Below, one piece after another: positions 37,893-48,472 of a DNA stretch of 64,000 nucleotides. Below the pieces are notes generated by a model, which worked only from the letters and a program-made list of their open reading frames with translations, did not search any database and had not been told where the DNA came from. Position 1 is the stretch's first letter. Each line of letters starts with the position of its first letter. Origin of the DNA: Patescibacteria group bacterium (GTDB lineage: Bacteria > Patescibacteriota > SICC01); NCBI GenBank assembly GCA_040902515.1, contig JBBDXB010000006.1, forward strand, positions 130,219-194,218, written 5' to 3'. The position numbers and the translations under genes are program-made.

Positions 37893-38978
37893 TCAGCCGC
37901 GCCCCCGCGAAACGGGTCCGGAGGCGGGCCTGGTCCGGCTAAGCCAGACCAGGAGTCCCGCCAGCAGCAGCGCCAGCAATCCCGCCATCAGCACCTTGCG
38001 GCCGGTGGTGCCGGCCAGCAGTGCCGTCACCCCGAATGTGGCCGACACCCCATAGAGGAAGAGGACGGCCCGGCGCACCGTGAACCCGCGCTGGAGCAGC
38101 AAGTGGTGGAGGTGCCGGGTATCGGCCTGCCAGGGCGCCGCCCCCATCGCGATCCGCCGGACCACGATCGTCAACGCGTCGAGGATCGGGAAACCGAGGA
38201 CCAGGAAAGCCGTCGCGATCTTGCCGCCCGAGATCACGGCCAGCGTGGCCAGCACATACCCGACGAACGTCGAGCCGATCGTGCCCAGGAAGATTCGGGC
38301 GGGGTGGAAGTTGAAGAGCAGGAATCCGGCGAGGCTGCCGGCCAGGAGCAGCGCCAACAGCGCTACGTGCGGCTGGTCCACGACCGCGGAAAGTGAAAGC
38401 AGCGCTACCGTGACGGCGGCGATACCGCCGACCCCACTAGCCAGCCCGTCGAGCCCGTCCAGCCAGTTGATCGCGTTGATCACCAGCACCACCCAGACCA
38501 CCGTGATCAGGTCGGCCGGCAGGTTCAGCAACCGGCCGCCCGTGTCGAACGGCAGTGCGATCTGGATCTGATCGAGCGCGACCTTGCCGCCCAGCGGATT
38601 GGTCACTTCCTCGATAGCCATGCCGGCGGCGGCCAGCGACAATCCGGCCAGTGCGTGCGTGCCGAGCTGCACGGCCGGCGGCAGGCTCCGCCAATCGTCG
38701 ATGAATCCGACCGTCAGCAGGAATAGGGCCGTCAGGGAGAACACCAGGAGTTGCCCCGGTCGGAAGTTGGGCGCGAGTTCGGGAAGGAAGAACAGGAACC
38801 CGATGAAGAACGCCCCCAGTACCGCGGCGCCGCCGAGGCGGGGCGTGATGCCGCGATGGATCCGGCGGCCGCCGGGCCGGTCCACGATTCCCAGCCGCCG
38901 GGCCACCCGTCCGACCGCAGGGGTCAGCAGAAGCGCCGCGGCGAACGTGAGAAGCGGACCCAACCAGAGTGCGGTCAT
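37893..38978 (-). CDS. WecA/TagO (MraY-like) undecaprenyl-phosphate GlcNAc-1-P transferase
   Basis: DRPGGRRIH...PRLGG, GFIDD, NWLDGLDGL, NFHPARIFLG, HLHH. Confidence 0.92.
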   Translation of the reverse strand: MTALWLGPLLTFAAALLLTPAVGRVARRLGIVDRPGGRRIHRGITPRLGGAAVLGAFFIGFLFFLPELAPNFRPGQLLVFSLTALFLLTVGFIDDWRSLPPAVQLGTHALAGLSLAAAGMAIEEVTNPLGGKVALDQIQIALPFDTGGRLLNLPADLITVVWVVLVINAINWLDGLDGLASGVGGIAAVTVALLSLSAVVDQPHVALLALLLAGSLAGFLLFNFHPARIFLGTIGSTFVGYVLATLAVISGGKIATAFLVLGFPILDALTIVVRRIAMGAAPWQADTRHLHHLLLQRGFTVRRAVLFLYGVSATFGVTALLAGTTGRKVLMAGLLALLLAGLLVWLSRTRPASGPVSRGRG

Positions 38979-39416
38979 GGCCCCAGTGTACCCGATACAG
39001 GCATAAGCAACCGTCCACAAAATATGCCCTACGCCCGGACATGGCGCTTGACAGTCGGATGCCGCTTTGAACGAACGGGGTTTTCCCCAGTACCGCCAGC
39101 GAAAGACGCCCGACCTACTTGATTTACCGTTACGTTTTTGGCTTAGTTGTGATGTTTACTCGGACACCTGACGGATTTCCGATACCGTGGGGCTCGGCGT
39201 ACACTGAATAGTGAAAACAAAAACACGGCGGCAAAACACCGCCTGTGGTTATTATCGGTTCCCGGGAACCGTCCAACAAAAACCCCGAGAGGGAAACAGG
39301 GCCTTGGCGCGTGCGCCGGGGCTCTGTTTTAGTGCGGATCACGCGTCCGAGCGCCGGTTTCGTTCGATGTCCAGGCGTGGATTACCTTAAAAAGTGCTTA
39401 TATAAGCCAAAAAGAC

Positions 39417-42284
39417 TTGACAGCCAGTCATTTTTTTGCTAAGATAAGGCAATTTTTCGGGTTCCCGATAATCCCCCAAAAATACGCAGCCGGAACAGCA
39501 ACACAGAACAACGTGCTCGGACGATTCCCATTCAGGTCGACGCTCATCCGCCTCGCGGCGGTGGTCACGCTGGCATTGGTTCCCCTCGGGACCGCGGCAC
39601 CGGCCGAAGCGGCGGACGGGTACCAGTTTCCCTGCAGCCCATACAAGCTATCGGGGTATAACTTCGGACAGCACGTGTCCGGCTGGGGGTATCACGCCGG
39701 CCAGGACATCGCCTGCTCTTCCGGGACCCCCGTCTACGCGATCGCCGACGGGAAAGTGGTCTACTCCGCGCTGACCCCTGACTCCTGGCGCTGGGGAAAC
39801 CTGATCATGATCGAGCACGCCAACCCGAACGGTTCCAAGGCCACCAGCATCTACGGGCACCTCAGCAACAACCGCCGGGTCGCAGCCGGCCAGCGCGTCA
39901 GCAAGGGGCAGCATATCGGCGCGATCGGGCCGAGCAATACCCGGGAGAACGGACGTTGGGGGGACCACCTCCATTTCGCCGTCCACCTCGGGGCCTACGG
40001 AGCCTCGACCGGTACGTACTGGTCGGCCATCCACGGATACGAGCCGGCCAGCAAGATCGGCCGGTACGCGCACCCCGGGAAGTACATCACTTCGCGGCAG
40101 AACTATTACAGTTACCAGTACGTCGGCCAGAACGGCGGCGGTTCCAAGGCCAGGACGGAAGAACATTACGTCGAGTTCCGACTCAAGAACACCGGACAGG
40201 CCACCTGGCGGTCCAGCGGTTCGAACGCGGTCCGGCTCGGGACCGAGCGGCCGCGTGACCGCGGCAGCACGTTCTCCCGCGGCATGGGCGGACATGGCTG
40301 GCACGCTCCGAACCGGATTTCCCTGCAGTCCGACACGCCCCCGGGACAAGTCGGGGTCTTCCGGGCTCGCTTCAACAACAGCTACGTCTCGCCCGGAAAC
40401 CACCGCGAGTACTTCACCCCGGTCGTGGAGGGGATCAGCTGGATGCGGAACATCGGCATGTACACCGGTATCCGCGTGCAGGGATACAACTACCGGGCCC
40501 AGTGGTACGGGCAGAGCGCCCACTTGGAGCTATCGCCGACCTCCCGACAGACCACTAACCATCACCGCTATCTCGCGGCGGGCAAGAAAGTGAATCTCAA
40601 GGCGTACATCAAGAACACCGGCGATTACTCCTGGCATGCCGGAGGCAAGCACCCGGTCCGGCTCGGCACGAGCCGCTCGATCGATCGGAAGAGCCGCTTC
40701 GCGACGACTAAGCGCGACGGCGTTCCCGACGGCGAGCAGTGGATTAGCGGCAGTCGGGCGACCGGACTGAACGGCCGCCTGGACCCGTCCACCAACAAGG
40801 TCGTGGGAGACAGTACGATCGAACCCGGCCAAATCGGCGTGTTCTCGTTCACGATCAAGGCACCCGGCACGCCGGGGACCTACCGGGAATACTTCCGGCC
40901 GGTCCTCGAGGGCAACCGCTGGCTGGATGACTTCGGCATGTACTTCGAGCTCCGGGTACTGCCGCATGGATTCCACTACGAGTGGGTCAAGCAGGAGAAC
41001 CCCGAACCGGTGGCCTATGAGCACGGGGACGCCACCACGCGGGTCTACCTCCGGAACACCGGCCAGGCGGCCTGGCCCACCGGGGGTAACGTGCGGCTGG
41101 GAACCGACCGGAGCCGGGACCGCAAGTCGGCCTTCAAGGGCGGCGACTGGCTGGCGGCCAACCGGGCCAGCACGATCGATGAGGTCGCCGACGCGCCGGG
41201 TGAACGGGTCGTGGATCCGGGACAGGTCGCCCGTTTCGATTTCAAGGTGGAAAGTAAGGTCAAACCGGACGGCGGGTACAAGGAATACTTCCGGCCGGTG
41301 GCGGAAGGCAAGGCCTGGTTCCCCGAGGACTACGGCATGTACGTGCCGGTGCACGTCGAATCACCGCCATACGGCTACTCCGTGCTTGACCAGCGGTTCT
41401 CCAAGGATCCGTCCGACGCCAAGTACGGCGAGGTCATCGAGGCGGTGCTACAGGTCAAGAACCTGGGCAGCAACCCCTGGCCGGCGGACGGGACCAACGC
41501 CGTCCGGCTGGGAACGTTCCGCCCGCAGGATCGGCAGTCCGGCTTCGGCACGGTCGGTGGAAGCGCGGGCTGGATCAACGCAAGCCGGGCCGCCCGGATC
41601 AGCGGCAAGGTCGACACGGACGGTACGGTACAATCGGCCAGCGAGATCAACCAGGGCGAAGTGGCCCAGTTCAAGGTACCGCTCCGGATCGATTCCGCAC
41701 TCGATCCCGGCAGCTATAAGGAGTACTTCAACCTCGTCCACGAAGGCAAGGCCTGGATGCCGGACCTTGGCATCTACTTCCCGGTAACGATCACGTCCGC
41801 GAACTATGACTATGAGGTACTGGACAAGCGGTACTCACGGGACCCCCGGCAATTGTCGGAAGACGACGAAGTCGAGGTGCGGGTGGCCGTCCGGAACACC
41901 GGCCGCTACGCCTGGCCGGTCAGTGGCAGCAACGCGGTCCGGCTCGGGACCGAGCGACCGCGGGACCGCAGTTCCGCATTCCGGACGACCACCGGTAGCG
42001 ACCCTTGGCTGGCGGCCAACCGGGCCAGCGGTATCGACGGCAAGGTGACCGACCTGGCCACCCTGGCGACCGTACCCGCCACCGGGATCAAGCCCGGTGA
42101 GGTCGCCCTGCTGAAGTTCACCCTGACCGCGAACAAACTCGGCAGCCATCAGGAGTACTTCTCGCTCGTCCAGGAGGGCGTGACCTGGTTCCCGGACCAT
42201 GGATTGATGATTTCCCTGAACATCACCGCACCGGCCGGTATCAACGATCCCGACGCGTCACCCTCACCGAGCCCGGCACCGTAA
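39417..42284 (+). CDS. Secreted M23 peptidase with five Ig-like (NBR1-like) repeats
   Basis: HAGQD, YGHL, DHLHF; repeats N(T/L)G..W....VRLGT.RP.DR.S...EYF..V.EG..W; true start may be GTG 39513. Confidence 0.85.
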   Translation: MTASHFFAKIRQFFGFPIIPQKYAAGTATQNNVLGRFPFRSTLIRLAAVVTLALVPLGTAAPAEAADGYQFPCSPYKLSGYNFGQHVSGWGYHAGQDIACSSGTPVYAIADGKVVYSALTPDSWRWGNLIMIEHANPNGSKATSIYGHLSNNRRVAAGQRVSKGQHIGAIGPSNTRENGRWGDHLHFAVHLGAYGASTGTYWSAIHGYEPASKIGRYAHPGKYITSRQNYYSYQYVGQNGGGSKARTEEHYVEFRLKNTGQATWRSSGSNAVRLGTERPRDRGSTFSRGMGGHGWHAPNRISLQSDTPPGQVGVFRARFNNSYVSPGNHREYFTPVVEGISWMRNIGMYTGIRVQGYNYRAQWYGQSAHLELSPTSRQTTNHHRYLAAGKKVNLKAYIKNTGDYSWHAGGKHPVRLGTSRSIDRKSRFATTKRDGVPDGEQWISGSRATGLNGRLDPSTNKVVGDSTIEPGQIGVFSFTIKAPGTPGTYREYFRPVLEGNRWLDDFGMYFELRVLPHGFHYEWVKQENPEPVAYEHGDATTRVYLRNTGQAAWPTGGNVRLGTDRSRDRKSAFKGGDWLAANRASTIDEVADAPGERVVDPGQVARFDFKVESKVKPDGGYKEYFRPVAEGKAWFPEDYGMYVPVHVESPPYGYSVLDQRFSKDPSDAKYGEVIEAVLQVKNLGSNPWPADGTNAVRLGTFRPQDRQSGFGTVGGSAGWINASRAARISGKVDTDGTVQSASEINQGEVAQFKVPLRIDSALDPGSYKEYFNLVHEGKAWMPDLGIYFPVTITSANYDYEVLDKRYSRDPRQLSEDDEVEVRVAVRNTGRYAWPVSGSNAVRLGTERPRDRSSAFRTTTGSDPWLAANRASGIDGKVTDLATLATVPATGIKPGEVALLKFTLTANKLGSHQEYFSLVQEGVTWFPDHGLMISLNITAPAGINDPDASPSPSPAP

Positions 42285-42345
42285 ACCAATACTCGCCTTT
42301 TTGCACCGAACGGGCCTATTTGGTACTAACAAGTAGGAGCTAGTT

Positions 42346-44637
42346 ATCCGAAACAAAATCATACAATGCGGAATCATCCTGGGAGCCGGCATCGTGCTCG
42401 GCTTGTTCGGCGCGGGCAGCGGTGAGGCGAAAGCGGCGGCGACCAGTTACCAGGTCCCCTGTTTTCCCTACAATAAGCCGAATTACGCCTTCCGGCAGTA
42501 TGTTTCGGGATGGGGATACCACGTGGCCGAGGATTCCTGCCACCAGGCGGGGCTTGCCGTCTTCGCGGCGGGTAACGGCGTCGTGAAGTATTCCGCCCGT
42601 ACGCCGGACTCCTACCGCTGGGGCAACCTGATCGTCATCGAGCACACGACGACGTCCGGTGGCAAGATACTCAGCCTGTACGGCCATCTCGGGAACGATC
42701 GCAAGGTGAAGGCGGGACAAACCGTGTTCAAGGGCCAACGGATCGGTACGGTGGGCCCGAGCGGAAGCCAGAACGGCTACTGGAGCCCGCATATACATTT
42801 CGGCATCCGGATCGCCCGGTACGGCGCGGCGACCGGGTCGTATGACCACTCGATCCACGGTTATGAGTATCCCTGCTGCGCCGCCTGGACGGGACCGTCG
42901 GCGTTCGTGAATGCCCGGCGTGCCTCGTACGATTACGTGCCGCACCGGATCGCCGGGACGCGGGAGATGTGGTTCAACAGCGACACCGAACTGACGTTCC
43001 AGGTATGGAACACCGGCGGACAGACATGGCGTACCGGCGGTGATACCCCGCTCCGGCTCGGAACCATCAGGACCCACGATCGAACCAGCGTCTTTGCCGA
43101 CGGAGGCGCTGCCGACGGGTGGGCCGGCGTGAACCGGATCGAACTGGTGAACGATACGGGACCGGACCAACTGGCGACGTTCCGCGCCACGTTCGAATCA
43201 CCGGGAGCGTCCGGACGTTGGACCGAGTGCTTCGCGCCGGTCGCGGAAGGCGTAGCGTGGCTCAAGGATCGCGGGTTCTGCACCGGAGTCACCGTCCATC
43301 CGCCGACGTGGCGGGGTGAGTACGTCGGCCAACGCATCACGGCCTCCTCGGACCCGGCCGACATGACGGCAACTACCGCCGATCACCTGAAGCCGGGCGA
43401 CACCCGGAGTCTCAAGCTGTTCATCAGGAACACCGGCGAGCTTGCCTGGGTCCAGGGCGGCAGTAACCCGACCCGTCTGGCCACCGCGAACCCGCGTGAC
43501 CGAGCCAGCGCGTTCCGGACGTCCGGCCTGACCGGCAGCGGCGCTTCCGAGAACTGGGTCAGCGGCAGCCGGGCCTCGGAGCTCGAGGGGCGGTACGATC
43601 CGGATACCGATTCCATCGTGCCGGATACCGAGATCACCACCGGCGAGGTCGGCGCGTTCTCGTTCACGGTGACGGCACCTGACCTGCCGGGCTACCACAA
43701 GGAGTACTTCAACCCGGTCGTCGAAGGAAAGCTGCACATGCCGTACCTCGGCATCTGGTTCGGATTGAACGTGCTCGACCGCGGATACCACTATGGGTAT
43801 GAGTCGCAGTCGCAGTCGCCGACCACCGTCGGAAGCGGCGTGAGCGAACAGGAGACCGTGCTCCGACTCAGGAACACCGGCCGGGAGTCCTGGCCGGTGG
43901 ACGGCGACCTCCGGATCGGCACCGCCCGGCCGCGGGACCATCGGTCGACGTTCTACTCATCCTCAGGCAGCGAACCCTGGATCGCCCGCTCCCGACCCTC
44001 CACCCTGGATGCGAACGTGACGGATTCCGGCAAGACGACGGTGGATCCTGGTGAGGTCGGTGAGTTCCGGTTCACGATCAACGTGCCGGAAGACCTCCCC
44101 GTCGGCACCTACAAGCTCTATGTCCGGCCGGTCCTGGACGGCGTGGCCTGGCTGCCGGAAGATTACGGGATCTACTTCCCGGTCAAAGTCACCGCGCCGC
44201 CGATCAGCTACCGGTACGAGAAGCAGGACGTCTCCGGTGACGCGGGCGCTTTCCAGCGCGGCACCACGATGACGGCCCGGTTGGCCGTGACCAACACCGG
44301 ACGCCGGAGTTGGGACGTCGACGGTCAGAACGCGGTCCGGCTGGGAACCAGCCGTCCGCAGGACCGCAGTTCCGCATTCCGGACGACCGCCGGCAGCGAC
44401 CCCTGGATCGCCGCCAATCGTGCCAGCGCGATCGACGGCCGGGTCACCGACCTGGCCACCTTGGCGACGACCCCGGATACCTCGATCGAGCCGGGCGAGA
44501 CGGCGCTCTTCTCCTTCCCGCTCACCGCGAACCCGGCACCGGGAAACTACAAGGAATACTTCAACCTGGTGATGGAGCGGGTCACTTGGATGCGCGACAT
44601 CGGCATCTACTTCCCGTTGACCGTCGTCGCACCGTAA
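42346..44637 (+). CDS. Paralogous secreted M23 peptidase with four Ig-like repeats
   Basis: HVAED, YGHL, PHIHF; same repeats; start uncertain (ATC 42346 or GTG 42394). Confidence 0.85.
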   Translation: MRNKIIQCGIILGAGIVLGLFGAGSGEAKAAATSYQVPCFPYNKPNYAFRQYVSGWGYHVAEDSCHQAGLAVFAAGNGVVKYSARTPDSYRWGNLIVIEHTTTSGGKILSLYGHLGNDRKVKAGQTVFKGQRIGTVGPSGSQNGYWSPHIHFGIRIARYGAATGSYDHSIHGYEYPCCAAWTGPSAFVNARRASYDYVPHRIAGTREMWFNSDTELTFQVWNTGGQTWRTGGDTPLRLGTIRTHDRTSVFADGGAADGWAGVNRIELVNDTGPDQLATFRATFESPGASGRWTECFAPVAEGVAWLKDRGFCTGVTVHPPTWRGEYVGQRITASSDPADMTATTADHLKPGDTRSLKLFIRNTGELAWVQGGSNPTRLATANPRDRASAFRTSGLTGSGASENWVSGSRASELEGRYDPDTDSIVPDTEITTGEVGAFSFTVTAPDLPGYHKEYFNPVVEGKLHMPYLGIWFGLNVLDRGYHYGYESQSQSPTTVGSGVSEQETVLRLRNTGRESWPVDGDLRIGTARPRDHRSTFYSSSGSEPWIARSRPSTLDANVTDSGKTTVDPGEVGEFRFTINVPEDLPVGTYKLYVRPVLDGVAWLPEDYGIYFPVKVTAPPISYRYEKQDVSGDAGAFQRGTTMTARLAVTNTGRRSWDVDGQNAVRLGTSRPQDRSSAFRTTAGSDPWIAANRASAIDGRVTDLATLATTPDTSIEPGETALFSFPLTANPAPGNYKEYFNLVMERVTWMRDIGIYFPLTVVAP

Positions 44638-44646
44638 CGCAGCCGG

Positions 44647-46434
44647 CTAACCCTTGGCCCGCCCGGTGATCGGCCGGAGTGCCTGGCTGGACTTCGGCGT
44701 CACCCGGAAGTCGAGCGAACGGCCGAAGATCAGCCGTGTCTGGCTCTCGATCGCCGGCAGGCTGGAGAACAGGATCGTCGTCAGGGGCATCAGGACCCAC
44801 TGCGCGATGTGCAGAAGCCGGTGATGCTCCCGGTAGCCCGGCGGTTTCGGCGGCAGGAGCAGGATCGAGATGAAGATCGTCACGATGATACCGACCAGCG
44901 CCAGGGTGAGGATGGCACTGGCGGTCGGCGCCAGCGTCTGGCCGAACAGCGTCTCCCGGAAGCTCGGCGAGAGCAGGATCGGCAACCAGCCGACGAAAGT
45001 AATCAGGATCGGCGCCGTGGCCCATGTCACGTGGCCCTCGAGGAACCGTGCCAGGTGGAGCGTCTTCTCCCGCCAGGGGATCCGGCGGTCTCGGATGGCG
45101 CTGATCACGGCGTACGGGAAATCGGAAGCGCCCCATGCCCACCGGCGGAGCTGCACGTACTGCCCCTTCAACGTCGAGGCGTAGGTGTCATCGAGCACCG
45201 CGTCCTGGTAGACCGGGACGTAGAGCGGCTGCACGAAGTGGTTTCCGTCATGCCGGAAGTAGGTCCGCCAGTACTGTTGGCCGTCCTCGACGATCGTGTC
45301 GACCGACCAGAAGTCGGTGTCGACCACCGTCTGCAATCCCTGCGCGTGAGCCGCGAAGTTCCGGAGCCGGTAGGGGCGGGTCGACTCGATCATGTGCCAG
45401 AACGAGGAACCGGTAGCGATCACGCGGTTGATCGCCGTCGTGTACCAGAGGTTGTTATGGAAGAGCGGCGTCGGCTGGAACGTACGGTACCGCCGCTCGG
45501 GCGTCAGCAGGTACTGGTAGGTCAGGGCCGCGAAGTAGCGCGGATGCGGGCGATGGTCCGCGTCGAGCGTCGTCACGATGACTTCCTCGTGCGGGATCTT
45601 CAGCTTGTCGATCTCCCGTATCGCCTTGCGGCCGGCCCAGGCGAGGTTCGACCCCTTGCCCTTCACCTCGCCGGTGATGTTGGAGGGATGTTCGCTGACG
45701 ATCAGGCGCTTGAAGCATCCCTTGAACTCGCGTCTGATCGCCCGGGCATTCGCCCGTGCCCGCGCCTTGTCGCGTTCCTCCGTCGCCAGTACGACGATCA
45801 TCCGGTCCGGTTCGTACGACGCGTCGGCGATCGCCTGGAAGCTCGGACGGAGGGTGTCGAGATCCTCGGTGTACGTCGCGACGATCACCAGGTGATGGAT
45901 CCGCGATGCCCGCGGTATCGGCTCCGGCGAAGCGATCGCCGTCTCGACCTGGGCCAGCTCCTCCCGCAGTTCCCGGTAGTCCTGGGCCAAGCGGCGGTTG
46001 GTCAGGCCGAGCTGCCGCTGCCAGAACCACCGGTCAAGCCCTTCCCGTCCGCCGTCGATCCGACGGATCACCCGCCGAAGCGTGGCCGCGTAGGTATCGA
46101 TGCTACGCTCGAGCGCCCGGATCCGACTGTGCCAGTCCACGCGGGTATCGCGACGGAGCCGGCGGTATGCCCGGATCAGGTTGGTCGAGAGGATCACCGA
46201 CCGCACCAGCCAGTAGACGTCGAAGAGCAGGATCGCGTACGCGACGACCGGCGGCGCCAGGAACGACAAGACCACCGCGCCGATGAAGATCGACCAGGTG
46301 ACCAGACCCGGCACCATCTCCAGCGCCCGCCAGACGTCGGGCGGTACGGTACGGCGGGTCGCCGACGAGGAAATCCGCGTGTCGGTGAACGCGGGCTGGT
46401 CGACGTAGCGGGCGATCTGGCGCTGGGTCAGCAC
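44647..46434 (-). CDS. Membrane GT2-family glycosyltransferase
   Basis: GKGSN, LDAD, IVEDG, QLRRW; N- and C-terminal TMs. Confidence 0.88.
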   Translation of the reverse strand: MLTQRQIARYVDQPAFTDTRISSSATRRTVPPDVWRALEMVPGLVTWSIFIGAVVLSFLAPPVVAYAILLFDVYWLVRSVILSTNLIRAYRRLRRDTRVDWHSRIRALERSIDTYAATLRRVIRRIDGGREGLDRWFWQRQLGLTNRRLAQDYRELREELAQVETAIASPEPIPRASRIHHLVIVATYTEDLDTLRPSFQAIADASYEPDRMIVVLATEERDKARARANARAIRREFKGCFKRLIVSEHPSNITGEVKGKGSNLAWAGRKAIREIDKLKIPHEEVIVTTLDADHRPHPRYFAALTYQYLLTPERRYRTFQPTPLFHNNLWYTTAINRVIATGSSFWHMIESTRPYRLRNFAAHAQGLQTVVDTDFWSVDTIVEDGQQYWRTYFRHDGNHFVQPLYVPVYQDAVLDDTYASTLKGQYVQLRRWAWGASDFPYAVISAIRDRRIPWREKTLHLARFLEGHVTWATAPILITFVGWLPILLSPSFRETLFGQTLAPTASAILTLALVGIIVTIFISILLLPPKPPGYREHHRLLHIAQWVLMPLTTILFSSLPAIESQTRLIFGRSLDFRVTPKSSQALRPITGRAKG

Positions 46435-46485
46435 GCCCATCAGTATACCGCGTCAGCGGATCGGAAGCGCGGTACCGGGTTTTGC

Positions 46486-48033
46486 TCAACGGCGGCCGCT
46501 GTAGTTGGGGGCTTCGCGAGTGATCGTCATATCATGGGGATGGCTTTCCGCTTGGGCAGCAGGTGACACCCGCTGGAACTTACCACGTCGCTGCAGCACG
46601 GGTACCGATTCTGATCCCGTATAGTACATGCTCTTCTCAATTCCACCAACGTACTGAGCCACAACCTCCGCCAGGGTTCCGCTGTAGGGCACTACCCCCT
46701 CAATGCCTTCCGGGACCACGGCCTTCCGTTCGCCCGAATAGTATCGGCCACCGCCCCTGCTTTCCCGAATACCACCTTCCGATCCCATGCCGCGGTACGC
46801 CTTAAACTTCCGACCCTCCTGAAGGACCGTCTCTCCAGGACTTTCTTCAACCCCCGCGAAGATACTTCCCATCATCACTGCATCGGCGCCGGCGACCAGC
46901 GCCTTGCCTGCATCACCCGAGTAACGAATGCCGCCATCGGCAATAACCGGTATCTCACCACGTGTTTCTTGTAATGCCAATTTGATTGCAGCAAGTTGCG
47001 AAGTGCCGACACCGGTGACTTTCCGAGTAGTGCAACTTGCTCCCGGACCAATCCCGATTTTGATCGCATCAGCGCCGGCCTCGACTAACTCCCGGGTCGC
47101 CGAACGGCTACCGACGTTACCAGCGACTAGCTGTAAATCCGGAAAAGCGTGTTTGATTTCGCGGGTCAAAGCGATGACCGCCGCGTCCCCGCCATGGGCG
47201 GAGTCGGCGGTAAAGAAGTCCGCCCCCACCTTGATCAGCCGGTCGACTCGGGTCAGTGCATCCTCGAGATTCGCCTCCACGCCAATTGCCGCACCGACCA
47301 CCAGGCGGCCCTTGGCGTCCTTGGCTGCATGCGGGAACTTGGTTCGTAAGACGATGTCTTTGAACGTGAAGAGACCCTTGAGCCGCCCCTCTGCATCGAC
47401 AACAGGTAAATGGTCCACCTCCTCGTCCTTGTGCTCACGCAAATAGCGTTCTGCATCATCTCTGGTAGATCCCTCCGGAAGGACAGCGAGCCGATCCAGT
47501 GGCTTCATGACATCACGTAGCGACTCAGAGCCAGATGTGAAGCGAAGTTGACGCTTCGCGACCAAGCCCACGAGACGGTTCTCATCGATCACCAGCACGC
47601 TTCCGATGCCGCGTTCTTCCCGGATTCTCCGTACTTCACTGACTGGCGCATCGGGTGGAAGGGTGACCGGGTGCTCAATCAACGCGGACTCGGTTCGTTT
47701 CACCCGTTCGACCTGGTCGACCTGGTCTTCGATCGAGAGGTTCTTATGGATGACTCCCGCACCGCCCTCGCGTGCCAAGGCAGTTGCCAACCGATGCTCG
47801 GTGACCGTATCCATGGCCGCCGAGAGAAACGGGATGTTCAGTTCAATCCCGCGGGTAAGCCTGGTCTGAAGCGACAACGCTTGGTGTCGGACGTCGGAAA
47901 GTTCCTGACGGATGGTGACATCGTCGTACGTCAGGCCTTCACGAACGATATCCGAGTCACTGACGACTTCGACATCCTCAGGAATAACCTCAAATTCCGG
48001 TGCCCCCTCAAAGCCCCGTTCTCCTCTATCCAT
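46486..48033 (-). CDS. guaB: IMP dehydrogenase with CBS domains
   Basis: SAAMDTVTE, GIGPGASCTTR, ADGGI, YRGMGS, PEGIEG. Confidence 0.97.
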   Translation of the reverse strand: MDRGERGFEGAPEFEVIPEDVEVVSDSDIVREGLTYDDVTIRQELSDVRHQALSLQTRLTRGIELNIPFLSAAMDTVTEHRLATALAREGGAGVIHKNLSIEDQVDQVERVKRTESALIEHPVTLPPDAPVSEVRRIREERGIGSVLVIDENRLVGLVAKRQLRFTSGSESLRDVMKPLDRLAVLPEGSTRDDAERYLREHKDEEVDHLPVVDAEGRLKGLFTFKDIVLRTKFPHAAKDAKGRLVVGAAIGVEANLEDALTRVDRLIKVGADFFTADSAHGGDAAVIALTREIKHAFPDLQLVAGNVGSRSATRELVEAGADAIKIGIGPGASCTTRKVTGVGTSQLAAIKLALQETRGEIPVIADGGIRYSGDAGKALVAGADAVMMGSIFAGVEESPGETVLQEGRKFKAYRGMGSEGGIRESRGGGRYYSGERKAVVPEGIEGVVPYSGTLAEVVAQYVGGIEKSMYYTGSESVPVLQRRGKFQRVSPAAQAESHPHDMTITREAPNYSGRR

Positions 48034-48139
48034 ATATACACGCTACCGAGCGGGCAACGTTTCGGCAACCTGGCCGGTCATTCGGGGGCCGGGAGCGGTA
48101 CTTGCTGTGATAGCAGATACCGTGATCCCGGCCCGGCCG

Positions 48140-48370
48140 TCATGTGTGAACACCCACTCTCTTGAGCCACCTGTACAGGCACAGCAGACCAAGCAGCACC
48201 CCCAGACTGGGCATGAGCAGGGACCACGCCGTGATGGGGTAACCCTCCGTGATCTGGAAGATGATCAGGGCGACTGAAGCGAGCGGCACGAGATAGGCGA
48301 AGAGGAAGCGGTCGAACGGCTTCTCGAGCTGCTTGACCACGCCCTCTGCGAACTTGTCGATGAAGCGCAT
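48140..48370 (-). CDS. Small two-TM protein in inverted-repeat cassette
   Basis: SD AAAGGA; 76 aa, hydrophobic. Confidence 0.7.
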   Translation of the reverse strand: MRFIDKFAEGVVKQLEKPFDRFLFAYLVPLASVALIIFQITEGYPITAWSLLMPSLGVLLGLLCLYRWLKRVGVHT

Positions 48371-48419
48371 GATGTTTCCTTTCGACGGTTTTTGACTACA
48401 TGACGGAATGACCGGCCGG

Positions 48420-48469
48420 GTTGTAAACGAGCAGATTAAGATAATACTACGGTTGACTTACTTTTTCAA
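48420..48469 (-). promoter_or_regulatory. sigma70 promoter plus boxA-like GCTCGTTTACAAC
   Basis: TTGAAA-17nt-TATTAT. Confidence 0.75.
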
Positions 48470-48472
48470 GAA

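Noticed and set aside
39020-39510. Riboswitch (e.g. c-di-AMP) upstream of the M23 genes
   Set aside because: Hairpins are present but I could not match a riboswitch consensus
44809-46566. Long antisense ORFs (also 13990-15195, 57443-58705, 58702-60414)
   Set aside because: Shadow frames of GC-rich real genes on the opposite strand
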